A DNA stretch of 64,000 nucleotides. Source: Lepidodermella squamata (lineage: Eukaryota; Animalia; Gastrotricha). Shown here piece after piece: positions 20,970-33,086 of this stretch. The first letter of the stretch is position 1; the number at the start of each line of letters is the position of its first letter. A program made the translations under genes and the position numbers. Below the pieces are notes generated by a model that searched no databases, was not told the DNA's origin, and saw only the letters and a list, made by a program, of their open reading frames with translations. The stretch covers positions 62,001-126,000 of the forward strand of contig JBLDXI010000016.1 in NCBI GenBank assembly GCA_047495785.1, read 5' to 3'.

Positions 20970-22127
20970 TGTAGAAAATTAGTAATGCAAATGTTCTACT
21001 GTAAACACAAGTGTATTAACAAGTGTATTAACAAGTGATAATGGAATTCAGTGACAGTTACGGCTCAGGGATTTGCTTCAAACTTCAAAATTTACCAGTA
21101 AAAGTAAATTCAGAAAGTTCGCCTTTTCAAAGCTGTTAATTTTTTGTTTGCATCAGATAATTCGTCACGCTATGGATTTTCGCAATTTTTCCTCAACTCT
21201 CTGGTCTAGAGGTGTTCTGAGATGTGGTGAGGTTTTGCTAGTTGCTGGATATTCAGAAATTCAGCGTTAAAATGAAGCTAACGTTTGCAATTCAGCCTGA
21301 AAGTAGGAAACTGGAAGGGCGGTTTCCCATGTTTTAAGATTTAATTGACAGTAATATGGAGGTCTGATGCATGAAAAGACGCGAACAAACGAAAAAACCA
21401 GTTCTGAGGAGTATAACAATTTACTCTTGCCCCCTGAATTTCTTGAGCTGTACTGAGAACTCGGCACAACAGAAGTTTTCAATTATAAACGGACATGCGT
21501 TTTATAAACAAAGATTATCAAAAATTGATGGCAGTGAGCGTTTAATGTTAGAGATCAGCTGACTTTTAACTTGCCGATGCATCACTGAAGGCACTCATCA
21601 CTCGCATACCTCATACATATTTTATAAATAAAAGATAATTCGCGGCGCACTCTTTGATTATCTGAGCGCGTTGTTAGCATGAAAAACACTTTGAAGCTGA
21701 CATTTCAAATCTGTTGGGAGTCTTTGCAGTTGCTGTAGCACAAAATTGCTCGATGAGTTTTATTTTTAAACTTCAAAAGAAATAAATAAGGACAATGCGC
21801 AGGATCGATGAACTGTGTTTAGTCATTATTTTTTAAGGCCGAAATACTTTGATAACTGTAACTTTTTGTGATGGAATCTTTAATCTTGACTGCGAAATTT
21901 CTCATTATTGCATGGAATTGTACTTCAGGGTCGAATAAGTCAATTGCAGGAGCGTACGAGAATAAATAAAGAAATATGATGAAACCTAAATCATATCATG
22001 GTTCTTAGCGCATGCCGAATTAGCCTCGTCCGCGGTGCCCACGTCATGCCGACCTGTGCTTTTCCTCACATTCGTAGCGTCAATTTTTGACCTGACTTTG
22101 AAGTATTTCGAAATTGAAGCTTTCAAA

Positions 22128-24738
22128 ATGACATCCGTATTCTACGCGCTCATACTGCTCTGTACTATCAAAGTAATTTTATCGCAAAAACCGAATCGAA
22201 TGTCAATCCTGCTGCTGAACCCTATCACAGGCAATCCACCATCAACAGGCCTTGGCTGCTATATCGGGGCCAAAATCGCTGTAGACACAGCTAACAATCG
22301 ATCCGACTTCCTACCCGATTATCACATTGAAATCCAACACGAAGACGAAGCTGCTGGGAGCCAAGCAACCCGTCAAGCTGTCAACTACTTCCGAAGCTTC
22401 GAAAATGGCAATAGATCCAATGAGATTCAGTCACCCATTATTATGGGTCCGATATTTTCAGGTGGCTGCAAAGCCATGGCACCAGCTTTGCATCACTTCA
22501 ACACTCTAACTTTTTCCATATGTTCATCCCCATTTCTAGCGGATCGGACGAAATACCCGAATCTGTACTTGATGAGATCGACAAGTCGTGTCCTAACAAT
22601 GGCACAGGTTATGTTTATCAAAAATATCGGACGCTGGCAGAAGTTCGGTATTATAACAAATCCTGGGTCAGTTTTTGACTACACAACAGCCGCGATTTTA
22701 CAAGACATTGCGTTGTACTCGGCCAATCTAACGATTGGATATTTCGACATAGTCATGGACATGGATGATGAGTACATAATGGCGTTGAAGATGAGTGACG
22801 TCAGGATTGTCTCGGTTGTAACTTCGATTGCGAGGCTGGTCTTTCGGTTTCTGTGTCAAGCTCATAAATTCGGGCTAACTGGGCCGAGATACGTTTTTCT
22901 AATGATTGGGAGCACGTATTCCGACCCTTTGACCATGGCGGATCCTGTACTACCAGGGTGCTTGAAAGCAACTTTTATCGAACAAATGAAAGTGAGTGAC
23001 AAGCGGTCTTTTTGAGCGGGAAAATATGGGCAGTGTTTTTGATAGATTTTTCACATTTAAATTTATTATTTTCTGAAATTTTGAAATCTCAACTGAACAA
23101 GTTTTAAGTTATATTTTGAAAATTTGAAAATTTATTAGTTTCACAATTATTGTCGGTTAACAAAAGCTTCTTCTTTTTCAGTATTCTTACTGGATTGCTC
23201 CGATCATGTCTACCCTTGATGCTGATATCGTGTCTCCGTTGAACCATACGCTGGCTAATTTCGATCAAATCTACGATCGATATTCAAACTACGCACCTCG
23301 CACGTTCGACTACGAGTGGCGCTTTTTGTGCTACGACAACATGATGCAAACCCTCCTGGCGCTCGATAAATCCGAGAATCAGCTGAAGAACCTGAATCTC
23401 AGCCTTAAAAACACGAAAACTCACGCAGAACTAATCAGCCATCTCGTCAACCAAACTGCGGTGAACATCGAATACTTCGGGCTGAGAGGCGGGAAGTTCA
23501 GCTATAATAAGCAGGGTGAGGTCGATGCTGACGTCCAAACCATTAGCTACTGGACCCCTCAGAACAAACTCCAATCCCTCTACACAGTTCAACAATTCTC
23601 AAACGCGTCAGGTTACACTCTGAATAGCTATTGGTTGAGGAAAAATCAAGGCATAAATTGGCTGACTAATGACGGCAAACCTCCAAAAGATCGGGTTGGG
23701 TTTATTCAGATCTTGGACATAATTCCAACTTCAGTTCTATACGTGGTCATATCTATATCCATCGCCCTTAATTTGGCCATTCTCGCTGGAATCGCGAGGG
23801 CTCTTTTAGCCAAAAACGAAGTTCAACCAACGGAGAATTTGCGGGTAAACTATTTAGGGCTGATCGGATGTATTACAACGAGCTTGGCTGCCATCACTTT
23901 TTCAATAGATCAGCTTCAAGTTTCCGTATTAATTTGGTATCTTCGTCGCATTCTTCTAGCTTTGGGATTGTCGCTGATCTTCGCAGCTGTGTCTATTCGG
24001 CCTATCACGCTGTCGGTCAATATGAAAGTTAAATGGGTTCAGATACTAGGGCTTCATAGTACGACGTCATTCCGAGAAGAAAGTAACTCTCAGCGAAAAA
24101 ATAGTAACTCTCAGCGGAAGCTTTCAACGACAAGAAGCCGCATAATTCAGGTCAGGCCGTTTCAGGAATCTCGATCCTCTCAGCTGGAAAGTGTCTCTCA
24201 GATACGACCGGCTTCGTCAATACCCACCAATCCTAAACAAACCATTGAAAACATGTTGGTAATTGAAAAATTAAGCTTCAACTTAGCTGGCATCGTTGTT
24301 CTGCTTGACTCAATTCTAGTTGCGATCTGGCTTGGGCTTTCCAATGTGTCTTGCGACCTTGCTAAGTTGTCATCTGTGCTTCAAGAAATGGCGGACATAG
24401 TTGTAGAAACTCGTCATATCAAATGCGAGTCTTCAACTGATGAAACAGCTTGGATATACGCGTTGTGCGGCGTGAATGCGTTCTTATTGGTTTGTGGAGC
24501 AGTTGCATTGGTGAAATTGCGCCACATTGCAAAGGCTAGAAAGGTAGACATTCCTCAGCTGCTCTTCACATCAGTCGCTGTTGTAAATTCAGTTTTGATT
24601 TTTCTGGCCGTTTTGCTTGTTACTGCGATTTTGCAGAACCTTGTGAATAGGCATGTCGCAATAGCTTTTTTCGGACTTATCTTGTCAGCTACAGCGGCTC
24701 TGACCTGGTTAGTGCCAACTTTTCAATTCAAAGAATGA
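22128..24738 (+). CDS. Class C GPCR, GABA-B-receptor-like (Venus-flytrap/ANF-receptor domain + 7TM)
   Basis: Signal peptide; AKIAVDTANNRSDFLPDY; IMGP; SSPFLADRTKYPNLY; FLCQAHKFGLTGPRYVF; WLTNDGKPPKD; about 7 hydrophobic helices. One intron at 22992-23181. Confidence 0.82.
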
Positions 24739-25387
24739 GTTTGTTCATTCCAAAATGAATTCAATAGGTCATTCATAACTGGTTTTTTTTCAAACAAAGG
24801 TCGACAGGTCCGCAATATCAGAATTTTAATTCAGCATATCGGTCATGTAATGTGTGAGCTTATCGTATAAAATTATCGTAAAAGTTATGAACAAAACTTT
24901 TTATCAAAACAGTATACTCTTCAAAGAGTTATAACTCCTTCGATTAAAACCCCAGCAAACAACGATTGCTGGGCTTTTGGTGAAAGGACCTTAACCTGCA
25001 ATGATATTTAAAAACGGATATTAACTTGGGGCAAAGCAAGCATTTCAAAATTCATTCCGAAGCCAGACTGCTGACTGATGAACTGCTTTTCCTCTGAATT
25101 CGAAATTCAACTGATGACTGATTACATAATATGTCATGTTTTGAAATCTAATACAAGCTGTGGAACTGGATCATTCAAATTGAATTGGTTCCGTTATTCC
25201 GATTGTAGATGGTTGACCCAATTTGCGCCAGACGCAGCCGACCAACAAATAATTAGCACGCATAACAAAGTTCATCCCAAATAAATAGGCCGGAAAATGG
25301 GATGTAGATCATCTCCAATCGATAATCAATCTCTCTGTATAAGCCTCTAGCGAACAAGCTGCTTAATAAGCTTCGGCAAATATCATC

Positions 25388-27108
25388 ATGAAAACCGTTT
25401 TAGTAGCTTTTCTACTTGCTGGCTGCCTCAGCGCAGCTTTCGGCCGCGATCGCACTACAACGCGTCGTGCCCCTGTCGCTGGGCCACCCGCCCCTAGCAA
25501 CCCGAACCCGCCGCCTGCGCCTGGGTTCGACGCGAACACGTACTGCTTCGACTGCCTGTCTCGAACTGCCCAGAAGGACTTCTTCGCGAACCCGCTCGAC
25601 TGCCACTCGTACTTCCAGTGCCTGTACCTGAACGAGACGACGGCGACGGCCATCTTCCAGGTGTGCCAGCCGGGCACCTTCTGGGACGAAGCTCGCCTGA
25701 CGTGCCGCGCCGAGGGCCCAGTGCCGTGCCAGCCTTCGCCGTGCTCGAACCCGACCATCGCCGCTGCCGGCTGCTACCAACTGCCCGGCCAAGGCTGCCG
25801 CCAGTACTTCACGTGTGGCGCCACCGGCCAGGAGACTGTCAACTGCTGCCCGTCTGGCGAGCGCATCGACGTCGCAACTTGCACGTGCGTGCCGGACGAG
25901 ACCTGCACCGGCTTCTGCCTCGCCCTGCCCCAGACCACGGCCGCCCCAGCGAGTCTGAACGCGAGCGCGTGCTCGGACGCCTTCGGCAACACCCTGGTGG
26001 CGCTGCCCGACCGCGAAGACGCGTTCCAACTCGGCGACTCGACGCTGCCCTGCGCGCCCGGCACCGCCTTCAGCCTCGCCGAGTGCGCCTGCTCCGTCGT
26101 GCTGACGACGCCCGAGCCGCCGCTCACTGGCTCGAATGCCCGCCAGTGCGCCCTCTGGCTGCCTTTCGACACCTCCCTCGAGGACCAGTCCGTCAACCGC
26201 TTCCCGACCTTCGCCTACGGCAACGCCCAGCTCGACGTGACCGCCTCGGCGACTGGCACCACTGGTGGCTCGCTGCAGGTCAACACCGGCCGCCTCGAGA
26301 TCCCCGGCCTCAAGACGTTCGAGCTCGGCACAGGCGAGGGTGCTTCGTGGTGCTTCGAATACCGGTAAGACTATTACATGACCGATGGACTCTACTGAGA
26401 CCTTGGTTTACTTTTCAAAGTTGCAACGTCGCCGCCCCGTTCCAGTGCACGCAGTCGGCCGGCGTGCTGTCGAACAACAACAACGCCGCGGCGACGCTGT
26501 ACACGCTCATCGCCGGCGTCACGCCCACCGACAACGTGTTCGCGAGCCTGCGCTCCGACTCGGGCGCCTCCGCCAACCTCACCGCCCCGGCGCCGTCCAC
26601 CAACGGCGGCTGGACGGCCGTCTGCGTCGTGTTCAATGCGACCGCGCAGCTCGCCGAGCTCTTCGTCAACGGCGCCCTCGTCGGCAGCGCGCCCGCCGCC
26701 GGCCCGCTCGCCCTCGCCCACTGCCCGTACGTCGTCGGCGACGACCAGGCCCTCGGCGCCTTCACCGGCAACATCGACAACGTCCTCGTCTGCAACACCG
26801 TGCTGACGACCGAGGAAGTCGCTGCCCTGGCTCAAGGCAACATTGGTGCGCTGCAGACGGCTGGTCTCATCCCTGGTGGCCAGCAGCCGCCTCAGCAGAC
26901 CACTACTGCTGCGACCGAAGCTCCGCCGGCTGAAGAGACCACCACTGCCCCTGTTCAAGGAGGTCGCACTACTCGCCGCCCCATCGCCCAGCCGACGACT
27001 CGTCCTCGTCCGCAAGCCCGCCCGACCACCACCCGCCGCCCGCAAACTGGTCCTCGTCCTCAGCCTGGCAACCAGGGCGCCTTTCGTGTATACGGCGGAT
27101 TCATTTGA
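25388..27108 (+). CDS. Pif-like CBM14 + LamG protein, copy B
   Basis: Same protein as copy A; intron at 26365-26420. Confidence 0.87.
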
Positions 27109-27800
27109 ATGAAAGATTTGAAAGAACTTTCAAATAACATTTATGATAATTTATTTCCACATGATATGATTGATATGCTGAAATAAAATTATGATGTTGA
27201 TAAATCGAAGTCATTTTTCCTAAATCAGGCCAAACCTGTCATTTAGCCAAGACTTTGTTGAAATCATTGATATAGTTTGTCATATGACTCGCTGTATCCT
27301 CATAGCGATTATTCAAGCAGGGGAGAAAATGAATATTACGCTTGCCAGATAATAAACTCTTGCATTTTTCTCGAATTCGAAAAATTCTCTAGGAATGATG
27401 TGTGATCTATGCTAACAAACAAGTAGCGTGCGTCGCATGAATTAGTTTTTGTATTTCAATTGTCCAATCGTCTTTATTCCTCTCGTCCAATGCTGCTGAA
27501 GATGGTTGCTGGTCATACGCTCTTAGTGAACCGGGTAACACTTTCCAACACAAATAAAATGATAAAATGATAATCCTGGAACCTGAACTCTGAAACAATA
27601 CCGAACCGGGAATGTATGTAATATTCGGTTTCGCTAATCGCACGCTCTTGGCAGGCTATTTATGCTGTACTTCAATTTTAAAAGAAAATCGTCAACAGAA
27701 AAATAAAAGCTTTAATCATGTCTTTGTTATAATTTTAAAATTCGGCGAATGTTTAATGTTTAATTTCCAAACACTTGTTTTTCAATTTAAATTGCATGTT

Positions 27801-28982
27801 TCAGTAACGAACTTTCGACAGAACGTAGGTAGCATACGCTTGGAGACCAACCAACCAGATCACAAACACGAAAAAAGCTCCAGTGTCGACAAGTCGGCAA
27901 AACCTAACGTATTTAGGCTGGCCATGGCGGGTGTACACCAGAATTTGTCGACGAGCCTCATCGCCGAAAATATCGATAACACCAGCCATTACCACGGAGT
28001 AAAGCGACACGAAAAGCGCCAACACGATTTCATTCATGATGTAGCTCGTCATGAAAACACTTTGCGACGAACGGGGGGTAATTTCCAGCACGTGGTCGTG
28101 TTGCATGATGAACGCTAGCAGGATAGTTACGGCGTACTGCGCTCGTTTAGTCGAATCTAGCGGAATCAGTGAAGCAATACTAATCAGCAGCGACAGTATG
28201 GCGTTGATAAAAATAATGCTTGTTGTGTAGTACCATGGCGATCTGTGGAGCTTAATGTAAAACGTGACTTCATCATAGCTGTGAGGCCCAAAGAAGTCGC
28301 GAATTGTTTTCGCCTTGAAGCCTCTGAAATTCCAGCTCGATGAGGCTGGAAAAACTATGCCTTCCATTTGCATAATCTGACTTTCGTTGCTGATTTCGAG
28401 ATATTTCGAAGTAACAAAAGACGTAATCGTGATGGGGCAAGACTGCGAATCGAACGGGAAGTCGGCCAGATCAAGTTCGCAGCTAGTTAGCATATCCCCG
28501 ACTATCAAATACTCGAACATTCCGGTCTCAGGCTGCAGCATCATCATTCTCGTCGTTTTCTCAGTCATCCCCGTACTAAGAAATGAGTTTCGATTGACGA
28601 GCTGTGGCTTCCAGTATTGCGTCTCATTAAGCATTATCGGCACCCCCTCCGTAGTGTAATTTAGTTCCCGAGCGATCTGCCGAACGCAAGGCACGAAGTA
28701 ATTCATTGACACCCCTGCTGTAATACTCATCGCTCCCTTCACATCGTCAATATCGCGAAACCGGTCGACTGTGACGACGACCTTGACTTGGGTTGCAACT
28801 TGTTCATCTTCTTGCGGGCTCATGGCCTCGGTTGATAGGAGACATCTAGCTCGAATTTCGCGGCGGAAAATTGTTGAAATTGGCGGGTTGGTCTCCTCAT
28901 CACTCTTGTTGCTGAACTCACATACTTGTCCCAAGCTAGTCCATAGAATAGCGATTAAAAAAGAAATAGATAAAAGCCGCAT
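27801..28982 (-). CDS. Divergent intronless Cys-loop ligand-gated ion channel subunit
   Basis: Signal peptide, YWKPQL, Cys-loop CELDLADFPFDSQSC, KLHRSPWYY and four TMs. Confidence 0.88.
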   Translation of the reverse strand: MRLLSISFLIAILWTSLGQVCEFSNKSDEETNPPISTIFRREIRARCLLSTEAMSPQEDEQVATQVKVVVTVDRFRDIDDVKGAMSITAGVSMNYFVPCVRQIARELNYTTEGVPIMLNETQYWKPQLVNRNSFLSTGMTEKTTRMMMLQPETGMFEYLIVGDMLTSCELDLADFPFDSQSCPITITSFVTSKYLEISNESQIMQMEGIVFPASSSWNFRGFKAKTIRDFFGPHSYDEVTFYIKLHRSPWYYTTSIIFINAILSLLISIASLIPLDSTKRAQYAVTILLAFIMQHDHVLEITPRSSQSVFMTSYIMNEIVLALFVSLYSVVMAGVIDIFGDEARRQILVYTRHGQPKYVRFCRLVDTGAFFVFVIWLVGLQAYATYVLSKVRY

Positions 28983-29672
28983 TAGGAATTTAATAATAAA
29001 TGACCATATATTTTTTCATTTTGAAGGGCTAAAGATCGATGTTAGTCGCAGTGGGTCACATAAAACAGTAAATTATTTACGTTTATCGCATTTCGGCTCT
29101 GAGTTTAACGCAGAATTTTCGAACTTTCCAATGAATTTGTGCCGTAATTTCATAAAAGGCTCTTATCATCGAACTCGAGGTGAAGTTCGCGAATTATAAG
29201 GCAATCGATTGTGCACTCATCGACAGTTGGCTTCGCTCCCAATCCATCTATCCCAGCTATCATACGTGACATTTAATGTGTCGTAGCAATTTGTGTAATA
29301 GCCTTTATTCTATGAATCACCCTTTCTCGTTGACTCCTAAAAGATTCCGAACAGTACCAAAACCATAGCCAAAACCCTATCCCAATAGTATTCCATGAAA
29401 GCAAACGAGACTTTTCGATGCAAAATAATGGACAATGTTTCGGTGTCGTTAGCATGACGTCAGTTCCGCCTCGTTCAAGCATTTCAAAATTCAGGTTTCA
29501 GGAGGATAACTGCTACGAAAACGTTCATTTTTCGGGTAAATTCCATCCGTTGAACTGGCTGAGTACTATCATCAGCCACGATCGCCATGAGTGGACGAAA
29601 GGAATAAAGTAAAAATAAATATTATACAATTAATAACAGCTAATTCCTGTTATACTCGCCCAATTGATCACA

Positions 29673-29860
29673 TCGCTAGCGTCGTTAAATAACTCGGATT
29701 TAGGCTTGTTTACATCTATTTCAAGGTGATAGGTGACAAGTAAAAAAGCTTTTGTTTTTTGCCTAATCATTCACGTTAAATAGCCGCTTTTTCTTGTCAC
29801 ACGTGATCTTGAAAAGTATGTAAACAAGCCTAAATCCGAGTTATTCAACGACGCCAACGA
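29673..29860. mobile_element. MITE (about 43-bp terminal inverted repeats)
   Basis: TCGCTAGCGTCGTTAAATAACTCGGATTTAGGCTTGTTTACAT (29673-29715) versus ATGTAAACAAGCCTAAATCCGAGTTATTCAACGACGCCAACGA (29818-29860). Confidence 0.8.
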
Positions 29861-30240
29861 CATGCATAAACGCAAAAGATCAACACGGAAACCCATTCCA
29901 AGAAAGTTGTTTAAAAAAAAACAAGATCTCAGCTAGTAAATACATTGCAGCTTTATTTCTCAACTCCCTAATTTGCAGAATTCGAGGAATTCTTCGGAAA
30001 TTTCACCAGATAAGAGCACAAAACAACATATCTTCTGCATTAGCCTTTCGTAAAAATTAAAATGGTAGGTCTCGTATATCATTAAGAACAGGCTGACAGA
30101 TCATCGATATCATTATTTTATTTCAACATATCAATCATATCATTGTAGGCAAGCCGCTTATCAAAGCTGTTCATAGAATCATGTGGGAATAAATTATCAT
30201 AGAAGTTATTCAAAAGTTCTTTCAAATGTATCGACAATTT

Positions 30241-31955
30241 TTAGTCGCGAATTGCGCCCTGGTTGCCAGGCTGGGGACGAGGGCCAGTTTGCGGGCGGCG
30301 GGTGGTGGTCGGGCGGGCCTGCGGACGAGGACGAGTCGTCGGCTGAGCGATGGGACGACGAGTAGTGCGACCTCCTTGAACAGGGGCAGTGGTGGTCTCT
30401 TCAGCCGGCGGAGCTTCGGTCGCAGCAGTAGTGGTCTGCTGGGCTGGCTGCTGGCCACCAGGGATGAGACCGGCCGTTTGCAGCGCACCAATGTTGCCTT
30501 GAGCTAGAGCGGCGACTTCCTCGGTGGTGAGCACGGTGTTGCAGACGAGGACGTTGTCGATGTTGCCGGTGAAGGCGCCGAGGGCCTGGTCGTCGCCGAC
30601 GACGTACGGGCAGTGGGCGAGGGCGAGCGGGCCGGCGGCGGGCGCGCTGCCGACGAGGGCGCCGTTGACGAAGAGCTCGGCGAGCTGCGCGGTCGCATTG
30701 AACACGACGCAGACGGCCGTCCAGCCGCCGTTGGTGGACGGCGCCGGGGCGGTGAGGTTGGCGGAGGCGCCCGAGTCGGAGCGCAGGCTCGCGAACACGT
30801 TGTCGGTGGGCGTGACGCCGGCGATGAGCGTGTACAGCGTCGCCGCGGCGTTGTTGTTGTTCGACAGCACGCCGGCCGACTGCGTGCACTGGAACGGGGC
30901 GGCGACGTTGCAACTTTGAAAAGTAAACCAAGGTCTTAGTAGAGTCCATCGGTCATGTAATAGTCTTACCGGTATTCGAAGCACCACGAAGCACCCTCGC
31001 CTGTGCCGAGCTCGAACGTCTTGAGGCCGGGGATCTCGAGGCGGCCGGTGTTGACCTGCAGCGAGCCACCAGTGGTGCCAGTCGCCGAGGCGGTCACGTC
31101 GAGCTGGGCGTTGCCGTAGGCGAAGGTCGGGAAGCGGTTGACGGACTGGTCCTCGAGGGAGGTGTCGAAAGGCAGCCAGAGGGCGCACTGGCGGGCATTC
31201 GAGCCAGTGAGCGGCGGCTCGGGCGTCGTCAGCACGACGGAGCAGGCGCACTCGGCGAGGCTGAAGGCGGTGCCGGGCGCGCAGGGCAGCGTCGAGTCGC
31301 CGAGTTGGAACGCGTCTTCGCGGTCGGGCAGCGCCACCAGGGTGTTGCCGAAGGCGTCCGAGCACGCGCTCGCGTTCAGACTCGCTGGGGCGGCCGTGGT
31401 CTGGGGCAGGGCGAGGCAGAAGCCGGTGCAGGTCTCGTCCGGCACGCACGTGCAAGTTGCGACGTCGATGCGCTCGCCAGACGGGCAGCAGTTGACAGTC
31501 TCCTGGCCGGTGGCGCCACACGTGAAGTACTGGCGGCAGCCTTGGCCGGGCAGTTGGTAGCAGCCGGCAGCGGCGATGGTCGGGTTCGAGCACGGCGAAG
31601 GCTGGCACGGCACTGGGCCCTCGGCGCGGCACGTCAGGCGAGCTTCGTCCCAGAAGGTGCCCGGCTGGCACACCTGGAAGATGGCCGTCGCCGTCGTCTC
31701 GTTCAGGTACAGGCACTGGAAGTACGAGTGGCAGTCGAGCGGGTTCGCGAAGAAGTCCTTCTGGGCAGTTCGAGACAGGCAGTCGAAGCAGTACGTGTTC
31801 GCGTCGAACCCAGGCGCAGGCGGCGCAGGGTTCGGGTTCGAAGGAGGAGCGGCGGGTGGGCCGGCAACTGGGGCGCGGCGCGTTGTAGTGCGATCTCGGC
31901 CGAAAGCTGCGCTTAGGCAGCCAGCAAGTAGGAAAGCTACTAAAACACTTTTCAT
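30241..31955 (-). CDS. Pif-like CBM14 + LamG protein, copy C
   Basis: Same protein; intron at 30914-30969. Flanks are homologous, in inverted orientation, to those of copy B. Confidence 0.87.
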
Positions 31956-32323
31956 GATGATATTTGCCGAAGCTTATTAAGCAGCTTGTTCGCTAGGGGC
32001 TAATAATTAGATATTGATTGCTGATTGGAGATGATTTCACATTCGATTTTCCGGCCTTTTTATTAGGGGTCTCATTTGGGATGAACTTTGTTATGCGTGC
32101 TAATTATTTGATTGTCAGCTGCGTCTGGAGCAAATTAGGTCAACTGTCCACAATCGCAATATATCGAAACAAGTTTCATTTTAGATAACCAAGTTCAGCA
32201 GTCTACAGTCTACAGCTTGTATTGGATTGTAGAACATGGCATATTAAGTAATCAGTTGAATTTCGAATTCAAAGCAAAAGCTGGTCACTCCTGGCTTCGA
32301 AATGATCTCAGCATGTATATAGG

Positions 32324-32499
32324 ATATCGTTAGCGTCGTTGAATAACTGAAATTTAGGCTTCTTTATGTCAGTTCCAAATCGAAAAGCGACGATTAAATC
32401 GTCAATTGTTTTCACGCTCTTTACAACACTTTTCAAATTGGAACTGACGTAAACAAGCCTTAAGTTATCCAACGAGTTATCCAACGACGCTACCGATAT
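32324..32499. mobile_element. MITE, same family as 29673-29860
   Basis: ATATCGTTAGCGTCGTTGAATAACT...TTTAGGCTT...TCAGTTCCAA pairs with TTGGAACTGACGTAAACAAGCCT...GAGTTATCCAACGACGCTACCGATAT. Confidence 0.78.
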
Positions 32500-33086
32500 G
32501 TCGACGTTTGTCTTGTGGCTTGGAATTGAGTTGAAATTTCATTCATAAAAATCGATGACAATCGATAGAACTAGCCAATGTACATCAACGTCAAAATTGT
32601 GCAGCACCCCAAGTGCCATGATTTTTCAGCCATTAGTCAAATAATTCTATAATTAAATTTCAACTTATTTCTTATATTTTTAGTAGGTTTTCTTGCTCGG
32701 TGCGATTGGAAATTTCAAGTGGAACTTATGTGATTTGATCAATTCGCTCGGATGTGTTTTTCATTAAATTCAGAGGAAGCTGGCCGTAAAACGTAAAAAT
32801 TTAGCACATCGATTTACAGCTTGCCAAAATACTAGCTCCGTTATCACTCCATGTTAGGAAGTTCGGACTAAGAAGATCATAGCAACGCCAAATTTAAATA
32901 ATTATTATTTAACACTGGAAGCGTATAACATTCGCGCGATTTGCATAATATCGATATCAACAGACGTTCGTTTAACCTCTTCACCAACAAATTTTGAAAA
33001 AATAACTCAATGTAGAATAATTTATTTCATCATAATTTTCAAATTCAGATTTTTCGATCAATGGAAAAATTGTTGCTCAGATGTTT

